Assembly (NCBI GenBank): GCA_040437565.1
Contig: JBDOQK010000025.1
Coordinates: forward strand, 124,001-188,000
DNA: 64,000 nucleotides
From: Albugo candida
Taxonomy: Eukaryota
Direction of reading: 5' to 3'
Shown: one piece after another, positions 59,887-64,000 of the stretch
Layout: each line of letters opens with the position of its first letter
Position numbering within the stretch: the first letter of the stretch is position 1
Translations under genes and position numbers: made by a program
The notes under the pieces: generated by a model
The model's input: only the letters and a program-made list of their open reading frames with translations
What the model was told of the DNA's origin: nothing
Databases searched by the model: none

Positions 59887-62800
59887 ATGCATTTGCTGAA
59901 TCTAACACTATCGCCGCCTACAGCTATTACTGCAGCAGTGTATGGAAATTTCACCAGCGCACAAGCTCAAGAATTTATTGTTGCACGTGGCAATACGCTC
60001 GACCTATTGCGTCCAGATGCGTCGGGTAAAATGGAGACAATCATTTCAACTAATGTATTCGGAGTGATTCGGTCCATCCTACCATTCCGTCTCACTGGGG
60101 GAATCCACGACTACCTCGTAGTGGGTTCTGATTCGGGTAAAATCGTCGTGATCAAAGTGGATACCTCCACCAACACATTCGCAGTCTGTCAGAACGAAAC
60201 GTATGGAAAAACGGGTTGCCGACGCATTACACCGGGCCAGTACCTAGCCTCTGACCCGAAAGGAAGAGCACTTATGATAAGTGCGGTTGAGAAGCAAAAG
60301 CTGGTTTATGTCATGAATCGTGATGCGTCGAATCGACTTACTATATCCTCTCCATTAGAAGCTCATCGATCCCATACTGTCCATTTTGATGTGGTAGGCG
60401 TTGATGTTGGGTTTGAGAATCCTATTTTCGCTTGCTTGGAACTCAATCACGCCGAAGCCGATATGGATCCCACCGGTCAAGCTGCACAGGCATCAGAGAA
60501 AGCGTTGGTATATTACGAATTAGATCTGGGCCTTAATCACGTGACTCGACGGTGGAGCAAAGTGGTCGCACGATCAGCCAACAAATTAGTAGCAGTTCCC
60601 GGCGGAAATGATGGTCCAGGCGGTGTCCTTGTCATCGCGCAAGGAATGATTCAATATCAAAACGAAAATCATCCTTCACTATCGTGCTACTTTCCAACTC
60701 GTTCTGTCGGGGTACCAAATCCACTTCAAGACGAGACAAAACTAGGAAACTCCATCATGATCGTTTCCACAGCTACGCACAAGCAGCGCGATTTATTCTT
60801 TGTACTGATGCAATCGGAATGGGGCGATCTGTTCAAAATCTCACTCGAGTACGCGGGCTCCAGCGTGCAAAAGCTCCGCGTTCAGTATTTCGATACAATT
60901 CCGGTCGCTTTATCCCTTTGCATCACCAAAACCGGGCTTCTGTTCGCGGCCAGCGAGTTCTCCAATCACTATCTGTTTCAGTTTCTCAGCATTGGGGAAG
61001 ATGACGATGCCGCTCAATGCGTCAGTACCGCTGAAAATGACCTGCAGGTCGAAATTCCTTCCTTCTCCATCCGCAAACTGAAGAACTTAGCCATGATAAG
61101 CAACATTCCGAGCATTTCACCCATCACTCAGCTGCTTGTGGATGATTTTGCTAACGAACAAACGCCACAATTATACGCGTTGTGTGGTCAAGGAAATCGC
61201 TCTTCCCTTCGGATATTAAGACACGGACTTCCGGTTATGGAGATGGCAGCTAGTGCTCTTCCTGGCGTAGCCAAAGCCGTTTGGTGCCTGAAAGAATCCT
61301 TCACCGATACGTGTGATAAATATATCGTCGTGAGTTTTGAAGATGCGACTTTAGTGCTGGAAATTGGCGATACAGTCGAAGAAATAACAAATTCTGGGCT
61401 CTTACGAGACCATTCCTCTCTTCTCGTCGCGCTTTTACAAGACAATTCCATGCTGCAAGTGCATCAGAACGGCTTTCGACACATCCGAAAGGCTCAACCA
61501 GTCACGGAATGGAAGGCGCCCGGAAAAAAAGTCATTGAACGATGTGCGGCGAATGCGAGACAAGTGGTCGTTTCTCTGGCTGGAGGCGAAGTCATATACT
61601 TTGAGCTTGGTGTGAATGAGTTGATGGAGAAGGGGAAGCTCGATCTCGGGTTTGAAATTACAAGTTTGGATGTCGGCCACGTGCCGCAAGGTCGCCAGCG
61701 ATTTCCATTTTTGGCGATTGGGAGTTGGGATAACACTGTTCGTGTGCTCTCTTTGGACCCAAACGATCTCTTCCGTCAGAAATCCACATTAGCGCTGACG
61801 TCTCACCCGCATACGCTCTGTTTCTCCAATCTTCAAACAGAATCCGCTTCAGGAAGCGAGCACACGACTCAGTCGTTATTCCTGAATATTGGGCTTCATA
61901 ATGGCGTCTTCCAGCAAACTCGAATGGATTCCATCACAGCCACTTTGTCCGACTCATTTGCTCGATTTCTTGGCACAAAACCCGTCAAGCTATTTTGTGT
62001 GACGGTCCAAGGCAAACCAGCGATTCTCGCACTCTCCAGTCGAGCCTGGCTTTCGTACTATTACCAAACACGTCGACAACTGATGCCACTCTCCACCGAA
62101 ATGCTGCATTACGCAAGCTCCTTCCACTCGGAACAATGTCCAGAAGGCTTGGCGGCGCTGACCGCAGAAGGAATGAAGATTCTGACGCTGGATCATTTGG
62201 GCGATTTATTCAATCAGCAAAAGTGTTTTCTTCGATACACTCCTCGTCGAATGGTACTCCATCCGCCTTCCAGGCGATTAATTATCATTGAAAGTGATTA
62301 TGGTGAAGCAAATGCCGCGAGCAAGCAACTTGGTGGTGAAGAAGTTTCAGACGTCAAACAAACGACTGTGTCGGATCAAGTCGAAGATGAAGATGAGGAC
62401 AGACAAGCTCTTTTATTCCCACGAGCCATACGATCCCATGAGCCTGGAAAATGGGCTTCTTGTGTGCGTATTTTCGACCCCATCATATGCGAAACAATTG
62501 CGTGTCACGAGCTGGAAGATCACGAGCATACACGTTCGATCGCGACGTGCGTGTTTCACGATCGAGGCGGTGAGGTATTTGTGATCATCGGCAGTGTGAA
62601 AAACCTCCGACTCCATCCTCTCAACGCTCCTTATGGCGGCTTACTGCGTGTGTATCGTGTTGTGGAAGGCTCTCAGCTGGTTCTCGTGCACACAACCCAA
62701 GTCGATGGGATTCCATACGCAATGATCGAATTTCAAGGTCGTTTACTGGTTTCTGTCGGCAAAGTGCTTCGAATTTACGATCTTGGAAAACGCAAATTAT

Positions 62801-63566
62801 TACGCAAATGTGAAAATCGTTTTTTCACATCGCCAATGATCGATTTGAAATGCGCCGGTGATCGAATATATGCGTCCGATGTGCACGAATCAATTCATTT
62901 TGTAAAGTACAAAGTCGAAGATAATCAGCTTATCACCTTTGCGGACGATTGTGTTCCTCATTTTATGACCAGTAGCACGCTTTTGGATTACGACACAATC
63001 GCTGGCGGCGATAAATTTGGAAATGTGTTTGTCACGCGATTACCAGCCGAAGTCTCGGACGAGATTGATAATCCGACAGGAAATCGGATGTTGTGGGACA
63101 CTGGGCTTTTGAATGGTGCTCCTCATAAGCTCGAGCAGGTATGAATGCCCCTACACGTAGACAAAGGAGATTCTCATCCTGTTTGTAGATTGCTCAATTT
63201 CACGTTGGCGAAGTCATCACGTGCGTCCTACGCACAAGCTTGGTTCCTGGTGGAATGGAAGTGATTTTGTATGCGACGATTTTGGGACGAATTGGAGCGT
63301 TGGTGCCGTTCACTTCACGAGACGATGTGGATTTCTATACGCATTTGGAGATGTATATGCGTCAAGAAAAACCTCCATTGTGTGGCCGAGATCATTTATC
63401 GTATCGCTCGTTCTACATTCCAGTCAAAAATGTCACGGATGGTGATCTTTGTGAGCAATTCTCGTCCTTGGGAGCTGAGAAACAGAAAAGTATCGCTCAG
63501 GATTTGGATCGAACGCCTACAGAAATCGTGAAAAAACTCCAAGATACTCGGAATCGCGTGCTTTGA
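59887..63566 (+). CDS. SF3B3: Splicing factor 3B subunit 3 (SAP130/Rse1), one intron about 63139-63188
   Basis: ETYGKTGCRRITPGQYLASDPKGRA, LTISSPLEAH, YELDLGLNHV, LGKRKLLRKCE, GRDHLSYRS, DGDLCEQF. Confidence 0.97.
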
Positions 63567-63632
63567 ATAAAATAAAACACGCTTGCTCCATTTTATATTT
63601 ACATCTTTACATGACACTGATTCCAACATTCC

Positions 63633-64000
63633 TTAGAGGTCGTAAGAGCTTCTGGAAGACGCAAATGAGCTCTCGCGAACATCCTCAAAGTCTGGAAATT
63701 CTGCTTTACTCTCACGTTCTGCTGATTTTCCACTCAGTCGACTTGACCGAAGGTCCATTTCGGACGGTATGCCATCATAACTACCTTGAGAGTACGGTGA
63801 GCTCGCAGGTAACGCGGTATTCTGATCGTAGGATTTTGCGTCAGTGATGGAGCTGTCTCGAGCGCTAACGTAAGAATCCTTGCGTGTAGGTAGACTACTT
63901 CGTCGTTCAACATCTTCCTCATCAACATCTTGAGTTTGTGACTCCATAGCACTGACCCAAAGATTTGGCGCCGCCACATTGGGTCCAATTCGATCAATGA
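63633..64000 (-). CDS. 3' end of an unidentified protein (Ser/acidic tail), truncated by window end
   Basis: Open frame of at least 114 aa ending TAA at 63633, convergent with SF3B3. Confidence 0.5.
   Translation of the reverse strand, partial: IDRIGPNVAAPNLWVSAMESQTQDVDEEDVERRSSLPTRKDSYVSARDSSITDAKSYDQNTALPASSPYSQGSYDGIPSEMDLRSSRLSGKSAERESKAEFPDFEDVRESSFASSRSSYDL

Overview
Eukaryotic, very gene-dense draft scaffold with short (~40-70 nt) spliceosomal introns and ten 100-N gaps. The gene families (START-FYVE-WW, C3H 'HGGG' repeat protein, FHA/RING-CH, TKL kinase, ADP1-like ABCG) and the compaction point to an oomycete, plausibly Albugo-like; this is inference, not a database match. About 30 protein genes are recognisable, including ATP synthase delta, glycolate oxidase, p47/UBX, CWF19L1, TPX2, pyrophosphatase, NDR kinase, GBF1/GNOM Sec7 GEF, TBC RabGAP, MtaD-like amidohydrolase, NT5C3, CDK7, alpha-tubulin and SF3B3, plus one tRNA-Glu(CTC). 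I found no CRISPR array, intact transposon or prokaryote-type system. Nine of the ten gaps are flanked by apparently exact direct duplications, which look like unmerged contig overlaps. The most notable items read directly from the sequence are: a kinase-less LRR/Cys-rich receptor-like gene, fragmented in the ORF track, whose LRR region is cut by phase-2 introns at one fixed repeat position; a small zinc-finger gene missing from the ORF track, 60 nt head-to-head with glycolate oxidase; non-canonical splice sites; a decayed paralog of the C2/TM gene; and a bacterial-like nucleoside deaminase converging on a nucleotidase. Exon boundaries were inferred by eye and need RNA-seq confirmation.
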